Of a stretch of 64,000 bases of DNA, positions 38,679 through 51,859 are shown piece by piece. The DNA comes from Azolla caroliniana. Its lineage: Eukaryota; Plantae; Polypodiophyta. A program made the position numbers and the translations under genes. Below the pieces are notes generated by a model. It made no database searches. It saw nothing but the letters and a program-made list of their open reading frames with translations, and was not told where the DNA came from. How positions within the stretch are numbered: position 1 is the stretch's first letter; each line of letters opens with the position of its first letter. The stretch spans positions 23,126,001 through 23,190,000 of the forward strand of contig JBHGNT010000003.1 in assembly GCA_043228905.1 (NCBI GenBank), given 5' to 3'.

Positions 38679-39266
38679 ATGTGCACATACACACAGTCCT
38701 TCCTCTACACAGAATCACTCTCGATTCTTTACAAAAAGTTTTCAATTAAGGACATAACTTGGACAAAGAGGTGAGGTTGTTTTCTCTACTATGCCTCAGA
38801 TTACGTGGATTGTCTTGAGATAACTTCTATATGATTGATAAAGATAGTCGTTTGTTTCTCTGTTTTTGCCCCTCTCTACGTATGTTGTTTGTAGAAACCT
38901 CATCAAACAAAGGTAATATCTAGTACCTGTTGTTATTATGACTCATTTTTCCCATCCTTTTGTGAGCCATTTTTGCTTTGGAACACACCATTCAAGAGAT
39001 GTTTTCCCTCTCTTGACCTAGAGACAGTAGAAACAGTAAATACGTATTTATTAGTCTTTGGTTTTCAAAAGAGAGGAGTGTTTCTGGTTTACAAAAGTGA
39101 GGATTGGCATGTTAAATGCTTGCTCACTTGAGGTGAGATTATGAAAATGGAAGTTGCATTTTACTTTTGGCTGAAATACAAGTGAGGTGTTGTTCTTAGG
39201 TGCACACAGATAGTTCTTGTTTTTTGGGGCCCACGATAGTTACATATACATATTTTCTTTTGAACA

Positions 39267-39586
39267 AGGTGAGTGTACTGCTTTGTCCACTACAAAAGCA
39301 GAGTATGTTGCAACTAGTGAAGCATGTAAGGAAACTGTATGGCTGTCCAGATTAGCTTGTGACATGGGCATACCTCAACTTGTTTTATGGTCAGAGTGTC
39401 ATTACATTGGCTAAAAACCTAGTATACCATGCAAAGAGCAAGCACATTCGAGTGCGATATGACTTCATCCAAGAATGCATAACTGCTGGTTACATCAATC
39501 TTGAGAAAGTTGTCTCTCAAGAAAATGTCGCAGATGCATTGGCCAAAGCTCTAGAGCATTGTTGTCACATGATGGGAATTACTTAG
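39267..39586 (+). mobile_element. Isolated copia RNase H fragment
   Basis: CTALSTTKAEYVATSEACKE, YHAKSKHIRVRYDFI, ENVADALAK. Confidence 0.85.
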
Positions 39587-40079
39587 GTCTTCAAGTTACA
39601 CATTGTTTTATGTATGTGTGACATATTCATCAAGTAGGATGTGTAGGTCTTTGTACAATCTTCCCATCAGCTATGCTAATAATCCTTTGTTTTGGAGATT
39701 GATAGATACTGAGAAAGGCCAAAAAGGTAATTCTCACTATTTATCTCTAAGGTATACATATGTTACATCATACATGTATATATAAGCTAATAAAAAACGA
39801 GGTGTTCCTGAGCCCGTCTAAAATATTATCTTCAATGTCTTTTTTCTGTGTTGTTTTCTTGTTTCTACTGTTCATCTTTTTTGAATTGTGTATGCAGAAA
39901 AACAGCAAACAGCAGCCTCGTCCACTTCTCCTTTGCTCATACAACATTGTCTCTGTCATTGGGCCAATCGTTGGCTGGCAGGAGGATGTGCATACCAGAA
40001 TCGTCCACAATGAAGAAACAATTTGAGCAGCTGTATCAACATCCGACAACAGTCTAAAATCAAGAAGCATATCGCGTCG

Positions 40080-40620
40080 CATTGCGGAAAACCCAGACAG
40101 AGATGAAATCCCTTTATATCAAGGTCCATGTATCTTCATGTTCATCTGGGGTCCTATACGCAACTGCTCCAAAGGAACAAGATTTGGAAGTGAAAAAACA
40201 GCTCAAGAATTTGAAGAAAGCTTTAGGTATTGGCTCAAGTTTCTTGCCTCCAAATTCCAGCTATCCAACACTTCCCTTAAAGTGATCATGGTGTTTACAA
40301 GCATGGATCAGATGGATCTCCCCCCCGAGTGCTCTCTGGAGTTCAATTACTTCACTCCTATCACGGTTCAAAGAGGTCATTGAAATTCTCGAGCCTACCT
40401 TTGGGGTGGATGCAAGGAAGATTTTATTACACAATGCATTCCGAGAGGTTTTTACTGACATTGCACGGAAAAGATTACATACATATTTATGAATTGAGAT
40501 GGGTGTTACCAAAGCCATCTCAATTCATAAATCACTTAGGTGAGGTGCATGATGAGTTCCCTTTTGCTTGCGATTCTATGATACATAACACATCCCATGC
40601 TAACAATGCTACATAACATA
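40080..40620 (+). pseudogene. TORNADO1-like ROCO (Roc domain) gene remnant
   Basis: EKTAQEFEESFRYWLKFLAS..VIMVFT and LSRFKEVIEILEPTFGVDARK resemble recalled TRN1 Roc-region segments (KTP.EVEEELEYWLRFI..VTIVLT; LRDKFQ..VEFYPTVFTVDAR); frameshifted. Confidence 0.55.
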
Positions 40621-41675
40621 TAACCATGTTGAGATTTTTTGTCCACATCCAGACTTTAGCAGTTATTTCTTGACAGGGTTTACGGAGCGCCAACCTTGCG
40701 GCAAGGTGGAATGACATGTAAGCTAAAGAAGAGCCCATACTTAGTGGCATTGGAAGATCGACCTATTCATGGTTTTCATATATGTCGTATGGTGTATATT
40801 GTACATGGGCTGTGTTAACTCTCTTCTTAATGTTGGCCTTTGATGGGAGATTAATGTATATAGGACATATTGAGGTGAAAAATTAGTTGGCCAGCCTTGT
40901 GCGAGCTGCCCTGAGCCTTGATCATATAATTATGAGCTCTTATAGGGCTTGGTATTAGTTGAATTACAGCTATTACAACTATAATTACAAGTTTTGTAAT
41001 GTGGTTGTATTACACAGTTAATAAAGTGCAGAATGTTAAACATTGTGCATGATTAGAATTCCCACCACTCTTGCCATTCTATATGCATGTCCAGAAACTC
41101 TCAATCTTTAGTATTATCTATTGTGTCTATGACCATGACATTGGTTTCGGTGTTTGGGTTTTTGGCATATGTCCAAAACCTCAATTGCCGGATAAGCACA
41201 CAAACTCGGTCATAATTGGAGCATGTTATCGCATGCTGGATTAGGGGACTTCTCATGGGTATAAGTAGAAACTGTCACCCAAGAACGTGGTATATGTCAA
41301 CTTGGTACATACTCTCATTCTTCTTTTCTCATCCACATTCTTATCCATTGTCTTCTCATAACCTTCCTCCTTGATTAAAAGCTGCTGTAATCTTCCTCCA
41401 TCTGTTATATATTTTAATCCCTTTTATCTTCTTATTAATCTCATAAATTGCTTTCCTTCATTTTAATTCTTATCTATTTTTTATTTTACGTACTCTTGAC
41501 TGTGACACTGTTGCTTGTTGTGGATGATTTTTATTATGAAATAAATGCTGATTTAATTGGGTTACAACATGAGTTTTTGGATTTGCGGAAATAAACTGAA
41601 CAGGTTATTTCACATGCAGAATAAGAAATAACATTCATGATCAGCTTTGAATTAGATGCTGCTCTTTCTTTCAAA

Positions 41676-43211
41676 TCATTTCTTTCGAATAATGGCAATC
41701 AAGAGGTCGCAAACGAGGTTTTTAAGGCCACGGGGATTCTCGGTAGCTATTTCTTGCAATCGATCGAAGAGTTGGGCTGCCCGCTTCTTGCCAATGTGAG
41801 CATCCACGAGAGGCTGAGTGAGGCTTCGAAGAAAAGAACTCCAAAACTCTCCGAAAAAAGGAGGATGCGAGAGCAGACCATCGATTTTCGGTGAAGGGAT
41901 ATGATCACATTTCTCGAGTACATGAAGATCCAACAGCTCTAGCTCCGCCACACTTTCTACGGCCTCTTCAAATTCCCTTCGAGAGAAATTGTAGTATGGC
42001 ACGTTGAACGTATCCCTCTCCGAAGTCTCGACAATACCCTATATATCAAATGTTGTAGATCAATAAAAACATTCATTATAATCAGCACTAAGTGCATGCT
42101 TAGGATTGAAACACAGTAATCATGCTTGAGTTTACAATTCTAATCAAATCATAATCATGAAACCCTGAGTCCAACCTTCAATTTCTTAGCTTGGGCTTCA
42201 AATTATTCGGAAGGCTTTGATGAGGATGATAACAAAGACATACCTGTTCAACAAGTTCATTCCATGCTTGTTCGAAATAGCCACCGTATATGTCGCATCG
42301 TGATACATGGTTCGATGGGTTCATTTCTTGTGCGTGACATGTCGAGAATATAAACATCATCCCATTGCTTCTCATCTCCTCAGCTCTATTTCTCAGGAAT
42401 TTCCTGGCATCCTCTTGGAATTGCTTTGCATATGCCTCTGAGACTGCTGCTGCAGCACCACCATCACCTGTTGGAATCCATACATGCCCTCCGTTCCAAG
42501 TCGGAGCATTTTTGTCCAGAAGCACTGCTGGAACCTAATAATGCAACATTTTCTTCTGGTTATCGGATATGCTACAAGGTTTACTAGAATTCTAACAGGA
42601 AATCCATTATGTAACTCTACATATTTCAGAATTTTAATGTATCAAACCTGCGAAAGCCAGTGTAGCGCATAGGTTGTAATAGCAAAATCTACACTCCCTT
42701 CCGGTAAAACATGATCGTAGAAGGATCTCGGCACCCCAGCACAAAAGAACTTCAATGACCCATCAAAAACTGTTGCAAAGTCAAGATCATGTAGCATGCA
42801 GAATAAGTTGTTGAAATCATCTGATGGAAGATCAACAAAATAATATTGGAGCTCCTTGATGAGCTCTGGTTTACGTTGAGCCGTTTCTTCTTTCAATTCA
42901 TTGACTTCCTCATGCAATTCCAAGAGTTTACTAACGATAAATTGTGCATACTCTACTGTATTCCTCCCATAGCCACATCCGTAGTCTGCGATTCGAATAA
43001 ATCTTGGACTCATGATTTGTATTACATGATCTTCATTTTGCTTATCCTTATCCCTAATGCCAATAGCATTGTTTTCCTTGTATAGCTGGATGGCTTCAAC
43101 CAGATGTGCCTTCGCATATGCATGAAACCCAAAATTCTGTGGGCCTGAGTTTCGGGCATAACTCCCAGCGCCATCTCCACCTTGCATACATGTGAGCTTC
43201 ACGATCTCCAT
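41676..43211 (-). CDS. SABATH-family methyltransferase, copy 2; exons 43211-42648, 42534-42244, 42038-41676; 405 aa
   Basis: Same exon structure and motifs as copy 1; about 14 amino-acid differences including GVPGSFY to GVPRSFY. Confidence 0.95.
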
Positions 43212-46200
43212 TGTATCTTGCTTTATTGCAAGATGCTATAGCAAAATAATCTTACACCTGCAAGTTCAGTTGTTGGAAGGTTTGTCTTATAACTCTCACT
43301 GACTTTAGGCATTATGACTAAAGCAGCAGAGCCATGGATTCTTTAAAATATGACATAATTAATAGTTCCTTTTTCAGTTCTACTATTATTTTTCAGCTCA
43401 ATACCGCCTCGAAATACAATGTATTCACAAATCTATGCAAGAACCCTCAGACATTCCTAAACGCAACAAATCTAATTTCGTGTCTTATTACACACGGAGT
43501 TTCATCGGAGCATACACTTCTATCCAAAGGTTTTTATTATTGATAATGAAGGATAGTAATAAGACGGAAAGTTTTTCAAGACATCACAGATTATCTACTA
43601 GACCTATAATTTGCAAGGAAATTACAACACTTGTGTATGTTCGTATCAACTCAAATGATTTCGTTTACATTAGATCTGAGATTAGAAGCTCTACTTTGGC
43701 AATTTTCTAAGGAAAATAATATCAAAATGCAACGCTGAGATTTACAAGCTCTAAAATGCTGTAAACGTTAATAGGACAAAAGTATATACAATTTGCAACA
43801 TTTTTAGCTTGGCTTTGTACAAATATGTACACGCTCAAAAGTTTTTCCTTCCCACTAACCATGATATGAGCTTTAAGGATATAAAATCAAAATCCCATTT
43901 GTGAGATTATAAAAGACCTACTTCTCTATAATTCCGCATTAAAGAGAAATTATGGCCAAGAAATCATAAGATTTACGATACAGAAAGCTCAATATTTTTA
44001 TACTCTAATACCAATTCCTACATTGGAACATTATAGACACATGTATGTAGATATCTATCTCAAAAGTCTGGTTTGCAAGAAGAAGGCATATATGAAGATT
44101 AGTTACCTCGTTAAAGATCAAATATCAAACAAAACGGAATAATGTGGGAGCTTTACATGTATTTGAGACATGTAGATAGGGTTATATATAGTAGGCTATG
44201 GTCACTGATTGTTTGAAGCGTTTTTCACTTTAGTGAGATCAAGGTGAAAAAAAACTAAGTTTTCAATGTGAATGAATGGTCTACATTGTGCAATGCTGAA
44301 AGCAGAAGGATATAAAGAAGAAGACGACGAATCGGCATGCTAAAAGGAGGAAGTACTTTTGAGGACACGTTTTATAATGAAGATCCATCAAGAGGACCAA
44401 CTTATAACCTATGAATATAAGAGCTCAATGTTCTACTAGAATATATTTATGAAGATTTGGAGAGTGAATTTATAATTCTACAATCTAGATCACTAGACTT
44501 GTAGCTGAACAATCTTCTTTGTTAAGAAGAAAGGGATATCTTGTGTTGATGGATTATTGAGGCTTAAACAAAGTCACAATTTAAAACAAGTATGCTTTGT
44601 GTCTAATCTCAACTCTACTAGAGTTTTTGACTGGACCTTGATGCTTCACAATACAAGAACTTTGTGGTGCTTATAATGTTGTTTGGATTTATCCACATGA
44701 TCAATGGAAGAAGATGTTTTGCATTTACAGTGGAGATTTTAAGTGTATATTTATCGAGGTCATAGTTCAAAAGACCTATGTTTTCCCTATAATCCCAACT
44801 CTTTTTTGAGTGAGTGGAGATAAATAGCTCACAAAGCTATAGACATTTTAAGTATAAAATTATGTCTTTTTGTGTCATGAATGTGCCTTGACGGTTTTTC
44901 AATGTATGGCCAATGTTATTTTTCTAAGTCTTCTTGAACATAGTAATTGTCATTTATCTTGGTGAAATGTTGATCTTCTCCAATACCCAAGAGCAGTATG
45001 ATGTGCATGAGCTCAATTCGCATAGCTAACATGCACTCTCTTAACAAAGAAATTACTAACTTCCTTATATTCTCTATACCTTCATTGGTAAGTTGGGCTA
45101 TCCGAGGAAGCTTCGTCTCAAACTCGTTCTACTCGGAAAAATTACAACTTTCGGTACTTACATGTTGAGCTACTTTATGCATTACAACCTATTGTCTTTG
45201 TTCAATTTAATCATCTTATCATGTCATAATCTTACCATCTCTGACAAAGATGTGTGAGAGCTTTATTTTCACTCTTTGGGCTTCTACCCTATATCCATGT
45301 ACCAAGAGACTTTTAGAAATCAAAACAAAAGCTTATGAATTTTCAATTAGAAACTAAACCAAGTGGAGCAAGTACCATGACCATGTCCACAATTATTTGC
45401 AGTTTTCAACAAACTATGCCAACAATGTAATACCTTGATTATATGAATGCCAAACATCCATCATTATGGAGATGACAAAAACTACTTCATTCAAGCCTTT
45501 ATGGGTGAAGTGAGCGATAGAACACACTAACCAAACATTGATAAGTTAGGTGGTACATATATATAGGTATTGTACAATCTTCCCCCACCAGTTTCCCCAT
45601 CAAATTTACATAGTGTGAAAAGACCAAAATGTAATGAAAGGAGCCGAACGTGCTCTCATTCTTAAATGGCCTTTTCCTTAGTCGTCCTTTTCTTTCCAAT
45701 GGGTCCTTTCCTTATCCATATAGGCTTGTCATCTTCATTTACAGCCCCTCGATGATCCTCCTTCATTTCTTATATATTTTAGTCCTTTTGCAGCTTCTTT
45801 TATTTCATCACATGATTGAGTTAGTTCATTTCAATTATGATCTACTTCATTTTATTTTTAATCCAATTTTCGCCTCTGTATTTCTCTTCTTTGTAGCTAT
45901 GTTGTAGCTTTTTTTACAAGATAATTCAGTTGAGTTTTGATTTACAAATGATTTCGTCTTTACTTGATCAACTGAAATGATTTCGTTTATGGAAGGGGAT
46001 TAGAAACTTTACTTCACAAATTTATCTACTCCTATCATTTGGAAAGAAATTCCAACACTTTCTCTCTATATGCTTGATCAATTCAAATGATTACATTGAA
46101 AAATGTGAGAGTACAACCTCTATTTGAACATTTTTCAAATGGAAAATAATATCAAAATGCTGCAAAGCTGAGACTAGCAGCTCCACTTAAATAAATGTTG

Positions 46201-46590
46201 AGGAAATATATATAAATTTTGCAGCAATTTGCGTTGAGCTTTTCTATCAGACATCTAGCTCAACATTCCTAAACGGACATTGGCTTTTAGGTCATGTGGG
46301 ACCCTTATTATACTCTAAAAAAGTTAAATCTAAGGACCATTCCTTATTATTGTAGACAACTTTATCACTTAGGCTTTAGGTACATATTAAAGACCGAAAG
46401 AGTTTGTGTGAGATTACGACATCTGGGACCCTTATTATACTCTAAAAGAGTTAAATCTAAGGACCATTCCTTATTATTGTAGACAACTTTATCACTTAGG
46501 CTTTAGGTACATATTAAAGATCTAAAGAGTTTTTGTGAGACTACGACATCCCATATGTTTGGATTCACGATAACACTTTATCACTTAGTA

Positions 46591-47112
46591 TGAGACAAAG
46601 ATTGTTATGCACGATACATGACAAAAATGTTAATGTGGAAAACTCTCAAGGAGCTAAAAACCACAGGACCTAGTCCAAAAATAATTCACAGTCAACGTTA
46701 AAATTTGTACAATAAAGTTGTACTCTAAATATATTAGAGTACAATTATATAAAGATGAAAGTAAAATTTCCTCTAAAATCTTAAACCCAACTAATGAGAC
46801 ACAAAAAGAGCACCAACGACTCACAATATGTGGTCAGTGACGGAGGTGGTGATGTCCAAAATGTGAACATTTAATCAATTTACTCATAAGCAATCATGGA
46901 AAGGCCAAGAAAAAGAGTATGAGTTCTCCAAAGTCCTATTCTATTCTACAACAAAAGTCTTCCAAAATTTCCCCCTTTTCTCACTTTGAGAAAGTGAGTA
47001 TAGATGTGTAGATACATATAACAATGAGCCATTCACAGTGTACTAAAATAATGACATTTGGGTGTCTAGGGCTCATCCACAAAACCAACTAGTGTGACTC
47101 GAAATACTAATA
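46591..47112 (-). mobile_element. Copia LTR, duplicate of 14517-15018
   Basis: TGAGACAAAG...GAAATACTAATA at the same insertion site as in copy 1, so it predates the duplication. Confidence 0.88.
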
Positions 47113-47389
47113 GGGTGAAAGCATGCGAGTGGAAACAATTAGCTATGCCATATGTCCTTGACATAGCTAATTAGCTATGCAAAAAGCTACCATTGAAAAA
47201 TAGTAGAGAGTTCTAATTATATAAATGAGCACCATAAATGTGCAACATAAACGTACAACATAAATTGATATGTAAACCATAAATTATATACCGAATTCCT
47301 AGGTCCATTATGCATGATCCTTTGCCACATCACATGGGCCATCTCTGGTTGAGTATTCTGGCTTAGATTACTACCACTGTTGTTAAACC

Positions 47390-47570
47390 CTATTGAGTCC
47401 ACTCCTCCATTGCCGCCATTCTACACTCAATTACCGACATTGTGTAGTCCAAATATCATCTGCCACTATTCGATCTGACGGAGTTCACTCCTCCATTGCC
47501 GCCACTATTCAGTCCAAGAATCATCTGCCAAGTTCACTCCTCCATTGCTGCCACTCCACACTCAGTTGCG
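47390..47570. repeat. About 60-bp degenerate tandem repeat, left block
   Basis: Unit GCCACTATTCGATCTGACGGAGTTCACTCCTCCATTGCC..., same as 50130-50900. Confidence 0.85.
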
Positions 47571-47572
47571 CA

Positions 47573-49435
47573 ATGAGTATAACGATGATGATAATGTTCG
47601 AGCGGATGCTACAAGAACAACGAGTGATGTCGGAGATCACGGGGGCAGTAAAGCGGCTCGTACAACGAAACAGACAATTCAACGGAAACGATGTGTCACG
47701 CTATCTACGTGACTACAAGGCGGAGATGATACGATGTGGGATACCGGAAGGATTGCAAGTGACATCCTTCAATCGGGTGGCCATGGATGAGCTACAAGAG
47801 AGAATCCACAAGATACGGCAACAAAACTCGACATGGGGGTCATTCGAAGTAGCTTTACGAGAGGCATATGATTACGATAGACCGAAGGGACGAGATCGGC
47901 GAGAGTTCGATGAATGGGTGGCATCGGAGAAGACCCACCGAAGTGCAACACAAGCATTCCTAGAGTTCGAGAATCGTTTTGCTCGACTCTCGGAGCGGGA
48001 ACAACGGTTGGTGGGAGAGGATAAAGTCCTAATGTTCGTAAAATCGATCGATCGAAAAGAAAGGATGGACATCGGGATCGAACTCGAAGACGATGACGGT
48101 GCGAACGGTCTTACTGAGGATTGGGCCAAAGTCGAAAGGGTATGCCGGAGACATGATGAGAGGAAGATGAGAATCTTGTCAACGACATGGCCGATGAAGG
48201 ATGGTCGATTGAAGACAAACGATGGAGCCGATATGAAGGCCGAAATACAACATGATGGTGCGACGGAAGAGGGTGTAAAACAAGCTACCCTCTTGTCTTG
48301 CGAAAGAACAACGATGAAGGATAAGGCCGATAACCCAAGTGTAGAAGAAGATTTCGGAATACAAGTGTCCGAAACATCGGGTGAAAAAGGGGTAAGCATA
48401 ATTGATGTTTGCATAATTGATGCAGTGAAAGAGAGCAAAGAGGACTTGATTGAGGAGGTCGCCGCGAAAGATGACATCGAATCGAAGGTGGCTATGGACA
48501 AATCAACGACGGATGGCCATATCGAGACTTCCCCACGACTAATTCTAGAGACTTCGGCGGTTGCGTTCGAAAGGCAACGTGAGACCGAAGAGACGGAAGG
48601 TGGCGGAGAGAAAACAAAGGTCGAAGTCGATGCATACGACGGAGAGATAGCCGAGAATATGGCTATGGGTGAAACAATGGAGGATGATAATACCGAGGAT
48701 TCCTACCCACTAATTCTAGAGACTTCGGCGGTTGTGTCCGAGAACCAACGTGAGACCGGAGAGACGGGAGGTGGCAGCAAGAAAGGTAAAGTCGGAAGCC
48801 GGTTTGGATGGAAGGTGATCCGGACGGGATTCTGATCCGAAAGAAAGCCGACCCGAAAAGGGGTCGACTCGGTCAAAACCGATCGACCGAGTCTGACTTG
48901 GCCGAACGCGAATATGGATGGAAGCCGACCTAGCCGAAAGCTGATCAGACGAGACGGATTCGGAAAGAAGCTAATCCGACTCAACTGGAGGTTGGACCGG
49001 TCGAGGCTGGTGAAAACGAGGAAAAGAAAGCCAACCAAAACCGAAACCGATAGATCGAAACCGGGCCGGAAGGAGACCGACTCAATCGAAACCGAACAAC
49101 CGATTCCGATTCGGCCGAAGACGAATCCGATCGGAAGCCGATCAAACCGAAAGTCGATCGGACGAGAGCGATCCGGAAAAAAATCAAGGTTGATGAAGAC
49201 AAGAAAGAGGCCAGTAAAAGACACTACCACGAATGACAAGGGCCAAGAATATGACGAGAGAGAACAAAGAATATGGTGGATCGGATGGCGACAATGGTTC
49301 GGGTGGAAAGAATGGGTCTACTCAAAATGGAGAGACAAAGTTGACATAGCGGGACAAACGGAGGATGAAGGGGAGACAACGAGCATCGGCAACTTCGGCA
49401 CATACCGGAGGATGTGCGGGTTCGGAGGGGGCGAG
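47573..49435 (+). mobile_element. gag-only non-autonomous gypsy derivative; gag ORF 47573-48835; PPT ends at 49435 and a 3' LTR starts at 49436
   Basis: FNGNDVSRYL..EFENRFARLS..LMFVKSID homologous to gag at 57591; no PR, RT or IN; pre-LTR CCGGAGGATGTGCGGGTTCGGAGGGGGCGAG|TGTCG mirrors CCGGTGGATGCGCGGTTAGGTGGGGGCGGA|TGTCG before 63881. Confidence 0.8.
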
Positions 49436-49540
49436 TGTCGTAGTGTATTTCGTACACTACGTGAAAAAGTAAAAATAATATAACCGATTTAATTACATAT
49501 AAATAAATAAAATAATATATCAAGATATTTATCACATGCA

Positions 49541-49603
49541 TAGGGCAAGATTCGAACCCTATACCTCCACGTAGCCAAACCTCAACTTTACCATTATGCT
49601 ACC
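49541..49603 (-). other. tRNA-like segment with Pol III A/B-box motifs (not a tRNA gene)
   Basis: GGTAGCATAATGGTA...GGGTTCGAATCTTG with tRNA-like spacing; acceptor and anticodon stems do not pair convincingly. Confidence 0.5.
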
Positions 49604-50129
49604 TTATCTTTAGTGTTCTATAAATAGATTTAATAACTATAAGTGCTTTATTTGCGCCTACCTTTATTAAAAGGTAAATCGTGCATTTTTAGAGTGCGTG
49701 AATATTTTATAGAAAAACGCAAGCAACTAAAAAGTGACTCATGCACATCTAGCGTGCATGAGCACTATATTTAGCAAATAAAAGCAAGGATTAGAAAAGC
49801 ATCTCATGCACATTTAGTGTGCATGAACATATTAGAAAAAAAACATGTAGCTATGCTTAGTCTCTCCCATCACTACATAAGGATGGGGAGCACAATGTAA
49901 TAGGCGTGTGAAATATTTGGAAATTGGATATATTTCCGAAAACACCAACCGATTAATATAATCGTGGGATTCACGAAAATAATATAATCTATACTTGTGG
50001 GATTCACAAGTTTCTTATATCTTTCTTTCAATCTAAATACATATTCTTATCTAAATATTGATTAATCGAATAAAATACACTTGTGGGATTCACGAAATTT
50101 CTATCTCTCTTTCTACTATGAAGGTTGTA

Positions 50130-50900
50130 TATTGCTGCCACTTTTGATCCGACGGAGTTAACTCCTTCTCCACTACTGCCATTCTACTCTCAATTGTCAT
50201 CACTGTGCATTCCAAGCATCATCTGCCACTGTTCGATCTAACGGAGTTCACTCTTCCATTGCCATCATTTTACACTCAGTTGCCGCTACTATTCGGTTAT
50301 GGATTGCTGCCAGTTTTCGATTTGACGGAGTTCACTCATCCATTGCCATCAGTCTACACTTAGTTGCCGCTATTGTTCGGTCGTGTATTGTTGCCACTTT
50401 TCGATCCGAGGGAGTTCACTCCTTCTCCACTGCCGCCATTCTACTCTCAGTTGCCGTCACTGTACGTTCCAAGCATCATCTGCCACAGTTCGATCTGACG
50501 GAGTTCACTCCTCCATTTCCATCATTTTGCACTCGATTGCCACTACTGTTCGGTTCTGGATTGTTGCCACTTTTCAATTTGACGAAGTTCACTCATCCAT
50601 TGCCATCATTCTACACTTAGTTGCCACTACTATTCGGTCGTGTATTGCTGCCAGTTTTTGATCTGAAGGAGTTCCCTCCTCCACTGCTGCCATTCTACTC
50701 TTAGTTGTCATCATTGTGCATTCCAAGCATCATCTACCACTGTTCGATCTGACGGAATTCACTCCTCTATTGCCATCATTCTACACTCAGTTGTCGCCAT
50801 TGTTCGGTCCTGGATTGCCAAAACTGTTCAATCAAACGGAGTTCACTCCTCCACTACCACCATTCTACACTCAGATGCCGCCATTGTTCGGTCTTGGATT
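50130..50900. repeat. About 60-bp degenerate tandem repeat array with higher-order structure
   Basis: Recurring GACGGAGTTCACTC(C/A)TCCATTGCCATCATTCTACACTCAGTTGCC; a longer variant with TCCAAGCATCATCT recurs roughly every 250 bp. Confidence 0.9.
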
Positions 50901-51859
50901 TCAATAAATATTCTGTTGATTGATTATCTTGTCTATTGTTGTGTATAATCTTGTGTATTGTGGAATATTTTTATGTATTGTTGTTGCCCATAGCCATCTT
51001 TAATGTGTGTCATTTTTTCGGGAAAATTCAACCCGTCAAGCCAAATGGAAGGGGAAGGAGGGTGTTTAGAATTACCCCTCAATGATCATCAGTATAGGGA
51101 TGACGCTATCAGGACACAACAAGCGATACGAAAGTATTGGGCAAAAGAACGAAAAAGAAAACATCGTCAATTGTTGAAGGATACGAAAGCCACAGTCACT
51201 AAAGGTAAAGATAGTATTGGTTGCGATATAGGTCTAAATATCACTGAGAATGGAAGTAATGAGACTACTATCATAGAGAGAAAGGTTGTAGACTATTTCA
51301 ATGTTCAAACCAAGCACATCAACAATGAAGACAAGAAAGTAGTACTTTATGAAATATTAAATGATCCATTGATAAAGGAGTTAGTTGATTGTGATGGTCT
51401 TAATGCAAACATAACATCTGTACTAGTAAATAATCTTTGTAATAGTTTTGTATCCATGAGCAGGTCAGAAGATGATCTTGTCTTAAAAAGGTCTAGTCTA
51501 ATGATGTTACTTAATAATGATGTTGACGATATTAACATCAGTGTGCTATCTAAGGTAATTGGTTTTAGTAGAAAAAGTGTGTACAATACATTGAACAGGA
51601 TAGTTTCCTCAGGTGAAAGAACTAGTCTGCTAAAGCTAACAACAAGATGTAATCCAATGACACCCATATCATCATAAATCAATGATATAATCACAATATT
51701 TTGGACTAATGAGAGTAGGGTTTCACCCAATAAGAAGTATTTATGTAGGAAACGTGTTGGAAGGAGTCAATACGAGGAGCATCCCATTCATCTTCTTGAT
51801 GTAGCTCAAGTATTTACATTTATCTCAAGATTTGTTTTGACTTTTGAGAGCTTAGTTAG

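Larger units (their letters stand above)
29187..38733 (+). mobile_element. Full-length degenerate Ty1/copia element hosting four nested insertions
   Basis: LTRs 29187-29927 and 38442-38733; TSD AAAAG on both sides; PBS TGGTATCAGAG at 29928; gag (30075), PR (WFVDS), integrase (PQQNGVAER), RT and RNase H (HARTKHI); internal ~170-bp duplication at 31304-31635. Confidence 0.95.
40938..47112. repeat. Duplicated block, copy 2 (paired with 8206-15018)
   Basis: Colinear with copy 1; lacks the ~410-bp segment at about 11725-12135; has its own ~128-bp tandem duplication at about 46297-46550. Confidence 0.95.

Noticed and set aside
48914-49483. 189-aa basic ORF after gag as a possible env-like gene
   Set aside because: Built from degenerate tandem repeats, with no signal peptide or clear transmembrane segment
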